The position numbers and the translations under genes were made by a program. The notes beneath the pieces were generated by a model. It had not been told where the DNA came from, did no database searches, and worked only from the letters and a program-made list of their open reading frames with translations. From NCBI GenBank assembly GCA_976226885.1, contig OZ320313.1, positions 6,820,001 through 6,884,000 on the forward strand: DNA of 64,000 nucleotides, in the 5' to 3' direction. Positions 37,300 through 49,086 of the stretch are shown piece after piece; positions within the stretch are counted from its first letter, which is position 1; the number at the start of each line of letters is the position of its first letter. The stretch is from Iphione sp. A-MEVVRFRX5. Taxonomy: Eukaryota.

Positions 37300-38760
37300 C
37301 TTCTGTGCGAGTGAAACAACAACGGGCTGGCTATATACATGGAAAAGCATGAAATATATCTGTGGCTGTGTAACTGCGGGAAGTTAGGCTTCTACATGTA
37401 AGAGCTAAAGGGATTTCTGTGTCTGTGTAACTACAGCAGGCATGTCATCCACACGTATATCGGTGATTATGTAACTATGGCATGCTTTTCAGTCACATGT
37501 AACACATGTAGGTACACGTACTCCTATGTGTCTGTGTAACTACTGCAATCTAATCATCCACAAGCAGTACATTATAGGTATATTTGTGATAAGGTAACTG
37601 TGGCAGGGCCAACCACATGTAGGATTTACATGTACCTTTGTGGTAAGGTACGTGTGGCAGGCTTATCATCAACATGTAAGCCTTCTAACCTTTTCTGTGG
37701 TTATAACTATGGTAAGCTCATCCACATGGAAGAAGTATAGGTTCTTCTGTGCCGTTTTAACTACAGCAATCCCATCATGCGCATGTAAGAGTTATAGGCA
37801 CTTGTGCTGCTGTGTACTTGCAGCAGGCTGGATGTTGACAGGCAGGCCCAATGGGTACCTCTGTCTCTGTGTAACTGTGGCAAGCACATTATCTACATGT
37901 AGGGCTTGAGGATGTTCCTCCGTCTGTTGAGGATGTTCCTCCGTCAAGTAGGCTCTTCACCCATATGTATGTGAAAACTATACATGAATCTATAGCTGTG
38001 TAACTCCTCATGCTCCTCATTGACATCTAAGGCTGTGTTCAGATGTATCCATAGAGAAAAATGTCTAGAGCCCCTGAGACGTGAAATACCTCCGGTTGAT
38101 CCGGTTTTTGTATGGATACCAGTGGATACCAATTGTATCCTCAACATTGATTTCTATGGGAAATGGATCTGTATCTGTAGAACATCTGTCACTGATGGAT
38201 TTCAAAATGGATACCTGTCCATATCCAATTTGAAATAGATGCATGTGAACTCTTTAGTTACATTGCTATAGGATGCATAAAATCTCTCTATGTTTCCCTT
38301 TTCAAATAATACCAATGCATGTGAACACCGCCTAACACCTATACTCTCCTTTGTGTCTGTGTAACTAGCACACCAACTACATATTAGACTTACAGTCACT
38401 GTACCCACAGTAGATTCATCATCTTCATATAAGAACTACTGATGGATCTGTCGTTGTGTAACTAGAGAAAAAAAAATCATCATCCACATGTAAGACCTAC
38501 TCCTGCAGCTGTGTGACTATACAGATGCCCAGTCATTCCCATGGTAGACCTCTAGGTGAACCTGTACTTGTGTAGCTACAATAAACTTGTTCTCAGATGT
38601 AAGACCTACAGTAACCTTCTGTGTCTGTGAAAACAGAGCAGACTTACCACTCACATGGAACACCTATTGTTACGTTTGTATATTCACCATAATTGCAGAG
38701 ATACCCCCATATTTGTCCCAGCAGTACAGTACTTCGTAAGCTCATGGATATAGCTACGTC
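37300..38760. repeat. Degenerate about 60-bp satellite (catccacatgtaag...ctgtgtaactac) interrupted by a Harbinger MITE
   Basis: Motifs recur on both sides of 38031-38332. Confidence 0.55.
38031..38332. mobile_element. PIF/Harbinger-type MITE with TAA target duplication
   Basis: TAA-ggctgtgttcagatg...catgtgaacaccgcc-TAA. Confidence 0.8.
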
Positions 38761-40439
38761 TTAGAAAAAATGCACTACAACTTTATACTTATTCTGTGTA
38801 CTGTAACATTAACCTACTTTTTTTTAGCTCGGATTGTATACCCTGAAGGGCGAGTTAATGCGTGTTTATGTAATCATATCAAAACATATCGTGTGAGAAA
38901 ATGTTAATGACATTTAATGGAGATTAAAGTATTATAATCATGATCAAAATATTATATGAAATCAGCTGAAAAGTTTCATTAAGCACTTGTTTGGAATGAT
39001 CTCATACCACGTTTATAATACTTTCAAAATTGGCCAAATACTGCTGGGATAATGCGATCAAATAGAACAATAACTTTATAGCAAATATTAACTGCTTTAG
39101 CCACGCTCTGACAAAATCGTTTGCGTCATTATTTGTGGCTTTTTAGGGGCAATTCTGATATCCAAATTTGGAAAACTATTGCAACTCTGGATGCATAACG
39201 TCAGTAGAAGTCAATAATGGTTAATGAATTGTAGAAGAAGGCATCTGGTAGCCACGTGGTTTTATATCATCACACCTATCTGTAGGGGGGGAGGGGGGTT
39301 ATGCAAAATGCACAATGCACTCTGAAAAATACAATGCTTACATGTGAAGTCCACCTCAAAGATACCAGGGAACATCTGGGACGCAAAAACATCTCCAAAC
39401 AAAACAAGAAAAAAACAGTATCTTGCCATCCAGTAAAATATTGGGCCCTTTTAAGAGAATTAGTAAATAGTATTCTACAGTGGGATGTCTTTTATGTTTA
39501 TTGTGGTGTTTACTGTAATATTGCTTGTTATTCAAAGTAAATATATGTAAGCGTATAGGGTGTGTTACCCTGGAGCTATTTACCGGCCATGTGTGACCTA
39601 GATATAGACAGATTCACATCACAGGGTACCTTGAACAACTGTTGTAAATATCTGTTCAAACACAACATAGAACCTTTAGCTATATAACCAACATTCTAGA
39701 AACTTTCTTTTTTGGATATGCTTTCACCAAAGGGAAACAGACAAGTGGTGACTCCTGTATACATCTATAGAGTATAAACTCTTTATACACTTAGTTGACA
39801 ATAGCTTAGACCTTCTATTAGAGGAGTACAGATAAATGTATGAAATACAAACCCACACATTCAGTCCCATGACCATAACGTGACGTTGTCCCGCAGAGAA
39901 ATGTCGGGTTTTGTCAAGAACTTAACGCAATATAGGAACCCGCAGCTCTCGCAGTTCAGAAGATTCCAATAAAGAACCATTTTTTTATGAATGCCCAGAG
40001 AGATTGTTCCGTACGTAATAATAAACTTGTTGGTTAAAAAATGTTACTTGCATTAATTATTTATATTACTTGCAAAACGTTGTATAAAATTAATACTAAA
40101 TAAACGTTCAGCTTATAAAGCCTTTTGATGTACTTGGTTCCATGGAATAATTTATCGTTTCTCGCAATGCGTTTACCTGAAAATATTTCACGTAGTATTA
40201 TGATCCAGTTAAATAGGTTCAAAACCTTTGGTTCTTATTTCAGACTCCAAGGCAGGTATTAAAATCAATTTCTTAGAGGCGACTATCCAGCTCCAATTCT
40301 TTATTATGTTATTACACTTCCTTTAGTATATTTCAACAAAATAAATGTCTTAACGTCCAAATTAGCAACATTCCTTTTGAAAACACAACAAATAAAACAA
40401 GAATTCCAACCTGTGACAGACAACTCCCTTCCTGGCACT

Positions 40440-40649
40440 CGTCTTTTCCCGTTCTATTATCATCCGCCAGGGGGTATACCGTCGGAGGCGACCCCTACCG
40501 GCCGTTAAAGCAGGCGAAGAGGGCGCCATCTACAAGGAGATACTAACATCAGCGACCGGCGTCGAGCAACGAGAGTCTCGCGAAATGACGCGTGCCAAGA
40601 GGTGCCTGTTTTGACATGTCAGTGAGGGGTTACCTTGGCAACGGGCCAG
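40440..40649 (+). promoter_or_regulatory. CpG-rich promoter/first exon with X-box and strong donor
   Basis: GTTACCTTGGCAAC 40629-40642; CAG|gtaagt at 40649/40650. Confidence 0.45.
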
Positions 40650-40765
40650 GTAAGTGAGGAGCGAGTAGAAAGTTGGCGGGGCAGGCTTGATATAACGGAC
40701 AATTAACCATAGTCATTGGAGAGATGAGTAACGCATGTTTAACATAGGCGCAGTAGTTACAGAGG

Positions 40766-41290
40766 CATAGTAAAGGCTTCAACACCGTACATTTGTAACC
40801 GTGAAACGTGATATGAAGGGCTTAGTAACTAGGGCCATAATAGTGAGGATTTCAACACCGTGCACCTGTAACCTTGAACTGTGATACGAAGGGCGTCATA
40901 ACTAGAAGCACTGCGACAGCTTCAACACTATGACCTTGGTATGTGGATATGAACGGCTTTGTATTTAAAAGCATAATAAAGGTTTCAAAACAGTTCATCT
41001 GTAACCTTGAAATGTAACATAAGGGGTTTGTATCTAAAAGCATAGTGAAGGTTTCAACACTGTGCTTCAGTAACCTTGGGGTGTGATATGAAGGACTCTG
41101 TATCTAGAAGCATATAATGAAGGTTTCAAAACTGTGCTTCAGTAACCTTGGGGTGTGATATGAAGGGCTTTGTATCTAGAATCATATAATGAAGGTTGCA
41201 ACACTGTGCTTCTGTAACCTTCAGATGTGATCTGAAGGGCTTTACATCTAGAAGCATAGTAGAGGTGACAATAGTTTGCATCTGTAAATT
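40766..41290. repeat. About 70-bp tandem array, 7-8 copies
   Basis: catagtgaaggtttcaacactgtgc...gtaaccttg...gatatgaaggg recurs. Confidence 0.85.
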
Positions 41291-41425
41291 TTATATTTAG
41301 TAAGACGGGCTTAGCAGCTACTTGGTTATGCTAGCTGAAGCCTTCGCCGACATCTGTTTATACATGTATTGCTAACGGCCTAGAATGATGCCGATGTCCT
41401 GCTAACCCTGCATGGTAATTCTCAG

Positions 41426-41502
41426 ATGGCCATATCATTGCTAAATATTACGGCATTGCTATGCCTTGCATGTCTTTTCCTCATAAAATGGCATTACCTA
41501 AG
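41426..41502 (+). CDS. Candidate coding exon; either MAISLLNITALLCLACLFLIKWHYL (signal/anchor-like) or DGHIIAKYYGIAMPCMSFPHKMALPK
   Basis: aattctcag acceptor, AAG|gtatgt donor; two frames open. Confidence 0.35.
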
Positions 41503-43592
41503 GTATGTTTACAGCTTCGTGTGCGGTAGAGACTGTTCCTCCCTCCGTTCCCTCTGTTTGAAGGTAACGCTACCTTTACGAAGAAATTACCTCGACACAC
41601 AGGCTGACCTAAACATTGCGTCCAGGCCTACGGTTCTGCAGGAGCAGATATCGAAATCTCCACAAGTACATGCCAAAGGATTCATAATTGACCCTTTGGG
41701 TATTATTGGTTTGGATGTGTTTATAAATGTGACAGTTCTTTCTCAGTCCTTAATAGAAATGTCATGGCTTTTTGAAAATTCAGTTGTGTTCGATGTTACA
41801 TAGACAGCAGAAAAGTAACATCTGAGTAGCGTATTTGAGGTTTGCATAGTGAATTTTATGTTAGTATGATGTTGTAGTTTTGCTGATAGAGTAAGAAAGT
41901 GAAGGGTTTATTGTCAAGCAGCCATGTTAACACTGTCAAGAAGATGACCAGCTTATTACTATAAAACCATAACTGAAGCTGTATGCCAACCTGCTATCGA
42001 ACTAAAAGAAACTGGATCCATCGCTGCGCCCGCCTTAATATGGTACTCCCCGATATACTCCCCGTATACATAAACACACATACACCCACAAAACAAAACA
42101 ACATCTTACAAGTCCAAGCGGCGTGCCTTAAACGGTTAGGATTCACAGGCTGGAGAAAATGACGGGATAGAAATGGAAACAGACCCAGAGACCGTCAGGG
42201 CAGATTTCAGTTGGAATGTTTAAACCTAAACAGTTCCACTTGGCTTCATACTGAATGGCCTCTTATTTCTGTTCTTTATGACACGGAAGACATATTGTAT
42301 ACAGGTATAGCTCCGATAAAAAATAACTAATTTCAGAACAAAGTCTCCACCGAATAACGTCTCTGGGGGATTTGTAGCGTAAGGCCACTTCTCAAGTCAC
42401 AACCCAAGCTCCCACCATTAGAAAAATCCATTTACATGATTTAAAGAAGATTGCTTACACACTCAAGAAAACACAATCTACTGCGACCTTTTCAAACATA
42501 ATGAACCAGCAGGGTACGACAGATCGATAATACATAAAACATGCTCACAACATATCTTACTAATGAATGTTCTCACATGGCAGGTATAGTGCCATCCATG
42601 GCATGACTAACTGATCTAATAATCCCCCTGGTGTCATGACAACCTCACAACCTAACCCGCTGATGCCAAAACTAGTTCACACACTAAGCCATTGATGTCA
42701 TGACAACCTCTGACCATATGTTACTGATGGCATGATCAAACCACACCTATAACATCCATATCATAACCAACTCAGACTATATATTATTGGTCACCCACAC
42801 AGTGATGCACTAACACCTTGGAACAGGCACACTTTAACCTACTCCCTTCATGACCAACTCACACCATTGCATAGGCATACCATACTAGAATGTGAGCATG
42901 GGTGTTTATAAAGCTCCGCTATGGAAGGCAGCAATTTTGCTAATATAAACAAGACCCAGTATGCAATATTTAGGTACAGTCAACTCGCACTTAAAAACCA
43001 AATCACAGGGGGGGGGGGGCAAAACTGCAACAGAGACCAGATTTTGATAGTATATAAAATGATATAGAAAATGATCACCGGGGATATTAGACAGCAGAGA
43101 GCAAATATCTCCATGCCATGAAGTGGTCTTCTAAGCACATGTTGACTGTAAATGCTTCGTAAACACTGTGCATTCAATTTCATATGGGGAAGGGGAGGAG
43201 GGGCTAAAAGCTTTATGAAAGGCACACCGTTTTTCATGGTTTATCTATAATTCATTTATGAATGTAGACGTTTGTATCTGCCTTTCTCATTTTACATAGA
43301 ATGCAAGAAGTAAAAGACAGTGTTTAGCTGAACGATGCCACAAATCACGAAGTATATCGTGACTGCCAATATTTCTACTAAGAGGTATCATTCTCAGGGG
43401 GTTCTTTAATAGAGATACAGATGTCCCTCAATAACCGACAGTTTTGGTTTCCTCGCATTTCATCAAGTATGTGAGAATTGTTGATCAAAGAGACTTGTTT
43501 TGAGTTTATTTTTCACATTTGGTTCTGTTTGAGCGTGTCATTTAGGGAGTAATGTCAGTTATAAAGTCAACAGATAAGGGGTTACCACTGCA

Positions 43593-44900
43593 CACCTGTA
43601 AATGTTGTAAGGTGTAATCTTGTTTACTCGTTAAACCATACACTAGTGCTTCTTACCGCTATGTGTCCAGAACACGTACATTTATACTTACCATCCTACT
43701 TTCATCTGTAAACGTTGTAAGGTGCAATATTGTTTACTTGTTAAACCATACACTAATGCTTTTTACCACTATGTGTCCAGAACTCATACATTTATATTTA
43801 CCATCCTACATAAACCTGGAAATGGCATAAGGCACAATGGTTTACTCTTTAAACCATACACTAGTGCTTCTTACAAAATGTGTCTAGAGCATGGACCTTT
43901 ATACTTACCATCCTACTTACACCTGTAAATGTCATACAGTGCAATGGTTTACTCTTTAAACCACACACTAGTGCTTTGTACAGTATGTGTCCAGAACATG
44001 TACATTTATACTTACCATCTTACTTACACCTGTAAATGTTATAAGGTGCAATATTGTTTATTCTTTGAACCATACACTAGTGCTTTGTACGGTATGTGTC
44101 CAGAACACGTACATTTATACTTACCATCCTACTTTCACCTGTAATGTCATAAGGTCCAATATTGTTTACTCATTAAACCATACACAAGAGTTTCTTACCG
44201 CTATGTGTCCAGAACATGTTCATTTATAATTACCATCCTACTTTCACCTGGAAATGTAAGGTGTAATATTGTTTACTCTTTAAACCATACACTAGTGCTT
44301 CTTACAGTATGTGTCTCATCGCGTACATTTATACTTACCATCCTTCTTTCACCTGTAAATGTCGTAAGGTGCAATATTGTTTACTCATTAAACCATACAC
44401 TAGTGATTCTTACCATTATGCAACCAGAACACATGCATTTATACTTACCATCCTACTTTCACCTGTAAATGTCATCAGGTGCAATATTGTTTACTCTTTA
44501 AACCATACACTAGTGCTTTTTACAATATGTGTCCAGAACACGTACATTTATACTTACCATCCTACTTTCACCTGTAAATGTCGTAAGGTGCAATATTGTT
44601 TACTCATTAAACCATACGCTAGTGCTTCTTACCACTATGTGTCCAGAACATGTACATTTATACTTACCATCCTACTTTCACCTGTAATGTCGTAAGGTGC
44701 AATATTGTTTACTCTTTAAACCATACACTTGTGCTTTTTACAATATGTGTCCAGAACACGTACATTTATACTTATCATCCTACTTTCACCTGTAATGTCG
44801 TAAGGTGCAATATTGTTTACTCATTAAACCATACACTAGTGTTTCTTACCGATATGTGTCCAGAACATGTACATTTATACTTACCATCCTACTTACTCAC
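43593..44900. repeat. 110-bp tandem array, about 12 copies
   Basis: Unit cacctgtaaatgtcgtaaggtgcaatattg...tatacttaccatcctacttt. Confidence 0.95.
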
Positions 44901-45018
44901 CTCTCAAGTAGTCTGACTCAACTTCCACTTGGAAGAGAACATCCATCTCGGCCATGTGGAATGACATTCTGGATGACAGTGTTATCTCTATGCCAGTCAC
45001 TGGGCTACCGTTATATAA
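44901..45018 (-). CDS. Candidate exon (LYNGSPVTGIEITLSSRMSFHMAEMDVLFQVEVESDYLR)
   Basis: atttag acceptor, GAG|gtgagt donor, 118 nt open in phase 0 to 1. Confidence 0.45.
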
Positions 45019-46299
45019 CTAAATATATATATAACAGTTTGCCAAACACAACAGGTGTTTATTCCAATGATGTGTTATTTGTCTCACTGGTTTCTAGTGT
45101 CATTGTAGCCGCTACTTCCTAATGTACCTTAAAGCTTCCCATAAATGCCGTATTCCGATCGAAATGCTTCCCCAAAGAATCATACTGGTCAAATAATCTT
45201 AGAACCGATTTGTTTTCTCTTATTTAATGCCATGTACAGAAATACCACAATGCGACCAGACCGCCTACTGACAAAATCCAGCACTGACCATGCGTCTTAG
45301 AGTCCTAGTCATATGATTTCAATGTCTTCAAGTGAACGAGTTATCACTGATGCCTTTCACTTTCGCTAACGATGTCCGAGCCTCAAGGCTGATGTTTGGG
45401 CCGGGGTGGTCCACCCCAGGCGTAGACTACAATGAGACCAATACTTGTAATGCCATTATTTCGAAGAAGTAAGGGATGGTTGGTCTCATACCGGCTTATG
45501 ACTCTAAATATCACATATAATATACATATATATAAATACAGACATTTATTACAATTAATACTGGTGTCTTGACGCGAGTGACTTCGCTACCACTTTATAT
45601 AAGTTAGGGTGCTTGTTAGAGTGGCAAGAGAACTCTGTAAACAAGCAGACAGTCCCATATATTGTACTTTCATCCTCCCGTCTCCCTTGGAACCTCCCAT
45701 AGAAAGTTTTTTGGGTTAGAGTATACTGTTACTTTTAACCCTCTACCTCCCACCTCCTTTACTCCCAGACTATTTCGTCACTGTTCTCATTGCCCGTACA
45801 ATGTGCAGAGTTGCTGCGTCATGATGCGTTTCTCGCCAATATGTCGTTACTACACTGTTGAAACGCGAGGAGTAGTATAACTCTGTATATAAACTATTCC
45901 GCACACTGTGACTCAGCATAATGCTGTGATCTGCACAAAATTACGATTTTATGTATAGATCAGTGGCGTGAAGAACACTCCCTTTAATCAGGATCTACTT
46001 TACTTACAATACTTTACACCTGTTGTCACGTTCGGGTTGCAGTAACACATCGGCCATTGCCTGGTCCCGGACACATATTCGCCGTTACTTTGCTCTGGTT
46101 GTCAGGTTGGCGTATACACTAACAGGGAGAGTTGAAAATTCTGTTATGAAATGACACAGTTACTTCAATGGGTGTGAGGTATTGGTGAATTGGACCTGAC
46201 GTTTCGTGACTGTGGGATGGGAGGATAGATGCCTTACCAAGTAGACAAACCTTTGGAAGCCAAGCGTTACTACAGAGAGAGGGCGGGAGGGTAACAGAG

Positions 46300-46620
46300 A
46301 AAAGGAAAGAGAAACAGAGACAGAGATGTAAAGAGAGGGTGAGAGGGAAACAGAAAGAAAGAAAGAAAGAAAGAGAGACAGACAGAGATATAGAGAGAGG
46401 GCTAGAGGGAAACAGAAGGCAGAGACCGACACAGAATGACAGAGAGAAAAAAACAAGGTGACAAAGACAGTGAGACAGAGAGAGGGCAAGACAGAGACAG
46501 ATACAGGCAGAGAATAGGAGACATGGAGAGAAAAGAGAAGCAGAGAGAGAAAGAGAGACAGAGACAGCAAGACAAAGAGAGAGACAGAGAGGAAGAAAGA
46601 GAGGGGGAAGGGGGATGGAT
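46300..46620. repeat. GA/GACA-rich low-complexity tract
   Basis: Read directly from the sequence. Confidence 0.9.
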
Positions 46621-47159
46621 GTATGATGAACACAGCTGAAGAAGTGAAGGTAAGAGGGAGGGGGAAAGAGGAGCGTGAGAAGAGAGTGACAGATTCAAAC
46701 AAAAACAAGGAAGAGAAAAGTTATATGCACAAAGTATATGTCCGCTCTGCCTTAACCCTCTGATGAAGATATGACAGATATTGCTAAGTGGGCTGAGAGA
46801 ATGATGGCAAGGGAATGAGAAATGGAGACAACGGAGGTATGAGGAAGGCAACAGTGCATGTATACTACGTACTATGTTTCTGTTAAACTAGTGACAGCTC
46901 TGATTGTGTGGGCTGAAAGAAAGTTGGTGAAGCGGTAGGAGCTTTGGACAAGACAAGGAAGGACCTAGCCATATACATATAATACATACTCTCTTGCAGC
47001 ACATGTATATCCTTTATTACATGACTGACATTTATCACTGTCTGAGTTGAGATGGTGATAGGAAAGCAGGGACATTCTCACAAAGGAGAGAAAAAGAAGT
47101 CTATATACATGAAGCATATATACTCTCTGCATTAACTCTCTAATAAATGATTGACAGTT

Positions 47160-47341
47160 ATCACTGGGTGGCCTGGCCGCCCGGTGGCGCCACCCACGCG
47201 TTAACTGATCACGTGGTCCGTGGTGGAAAGGAGAGGTTGTCACGATGATAGCGCCGCCTCCTCCTACATTGTCCTGGCCGGGTGGGTAATTGGTCGACCG
47301 CTTACCTGGAGTCTACAGGGGATCATGCTGTTGAGAAATAA
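47160..47341 (-). promoter_or_regulatory. CpG-rich patch with CTCF-like motif, E-box and a minus-strand donor (candidate first exon ending 47306)
   Basis: CCGCCCGGTGGCGC (12/14 to CTCF core), CACGTG, CAG|gtaagc. Confidence 0.35.
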
Positions 47342-49086
47342 CTGTCAAATCACGGGGGGCCGGGACTTCAGTCATAGCATGACAAGGGAAAAAAACACAC
47401 AACACATTTACAGCTCGAGGCAGCGAAATGTTCATTTACAATTATCTGAAAATATGTATCCCCCGATCGAAAAAGAAAAAAAAATCGTTTCTTGCTTAGT
47501 TTTATAGGGAGCACATGCACAGCATTATTACAGGGTAAGCATGCTACACCTGTGCTAGGACCTTGGTACCTCTTACCCTGTACATTCAGTCGAGTCTTTG
47601 TTTCGACTGGGAGTGGTTGCAAATGTTATTGTTGGTTAAATAGAGAATATTGTCAGTTGCTGAATATTATAGGGTTCTACTAAACTTTCAAAGTGTTTGA
47701 TGGAATGGTATCGAAAATACATGGTTTGCTTTAGTTCTAGAGTCATTTACTAGTAACTCGAAATGACTTGATATGCATGTGTAAAGTGTGAATAAAAATA
47801 CCCCATAATTTAAAAAAAAATGAATATGCCATACGTGCATGTTTATATATGTATATTCAGTGTGCATACAGGGCAGCATATATATATATATATATATATA
47901 TTCACTGTTCAACGGTCTATTATGACAAAAGAAAATCTAAACAATTATGGCGTTGTCTAGAGAATCATCAATTCTCGCTGATATGGAACATAGCTACATA
48001 CACACATTGAACACGCATCCATACACAAGCACGCATATAGGGCCTTCCAGCCATCAGTAGTGAAATAAATGGCACGGCAGTAATCAAATAGCAAGTGTTC
48101 ATATAGCAAACCATTAGATGTTAGAATCAATGCATTTGGTACACTGGTTTTGGCAACCATAAGGCCCATAAGATTGTGACAGAGGCTCATACAGTCACAC
48201 AGCAGTATTCCTCAGTTCACCGCCCCTCTCTCTGAGTTTTGTTTTGTTTTTTTTTGTTTGTTTTGTGTTTTTTTTATTATTATTATTTTTTTTTTTGGGG
48301 GGGGGGGCGGACAATAACATCGTGAAGTGATGCCTATGGAAATACGAGGGCGTTGGCCGGAGTGAATTCCACACATCATTACACACAAGTAGGCAGGAGA
48401 AAACAGGCTGTCGTCACGCCTCAGTGATCACAGCCGGCTGACTGCTGGCATGCTCAAGGCCTGATGACTTCTCACATGAATGACTTTCTTCCAAGGGACC
48501 TTTGTCAACAGACAGCAGACTAGACCAGGTAAGTGTCTGGCAATGATTTCACGATGGGGCAGTCAAAGGAGAAATATTCGTTGTTTACTCGAAGGAATAT
48601 TTGTTCCCCAGGAGCCCCGTCCCCGCCCCGTGTAGAATACAATGTTGAGTTCTTTCCCCGGAGGTTGTTAAATTTCACTCTGAACCATTTACAACGAGTC
48701 CAATATTTGCTATCATTATAAACAATAATTCACAGGCAAAGTGCAGTGACGCCTCATCACCTGAAAAGTATAATATAGAACACTCACCTGACAAAGAGTC
48801 AGGCCAACTCACCTGATAAGTACAGTCAGGTTATCCCACACTCTCAGACATCGACAATTTCATTATTCACAAGTCCCTACTTGTCAGGTAAGTGAGCCTG
48901 ACTGTATTTATAAGGTGGGAAACAAGTACAGTCCAGCCGATTCACCTGACAATCACAGGTAGACCAACTTACCTGACAAGCACAGTTAGGCCCACTCACC
49001 TGACCAATCAATGCCCACTTAATTCATTAGCACAGTCAGGTACAATAACTGGTAGAACACTTACAGTTGTGCCCGTGACAGTCGAG

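Noticed and set aside
43722-44916. Overlapping ORFs of 68-128 aa
   Set aside because: Products of the 110-bp array; the unit is not a multiple of 3
46021-46260. Possible LTR start TGTCACG
   Set aside because: No second LTR, primer-binding site or TSD identified
46160-46851. Hydrophobic minus-strand ORFs of 149-182 aa
   Set aside because: GA-rich low-complexity DNA mimicking transmembrane segments
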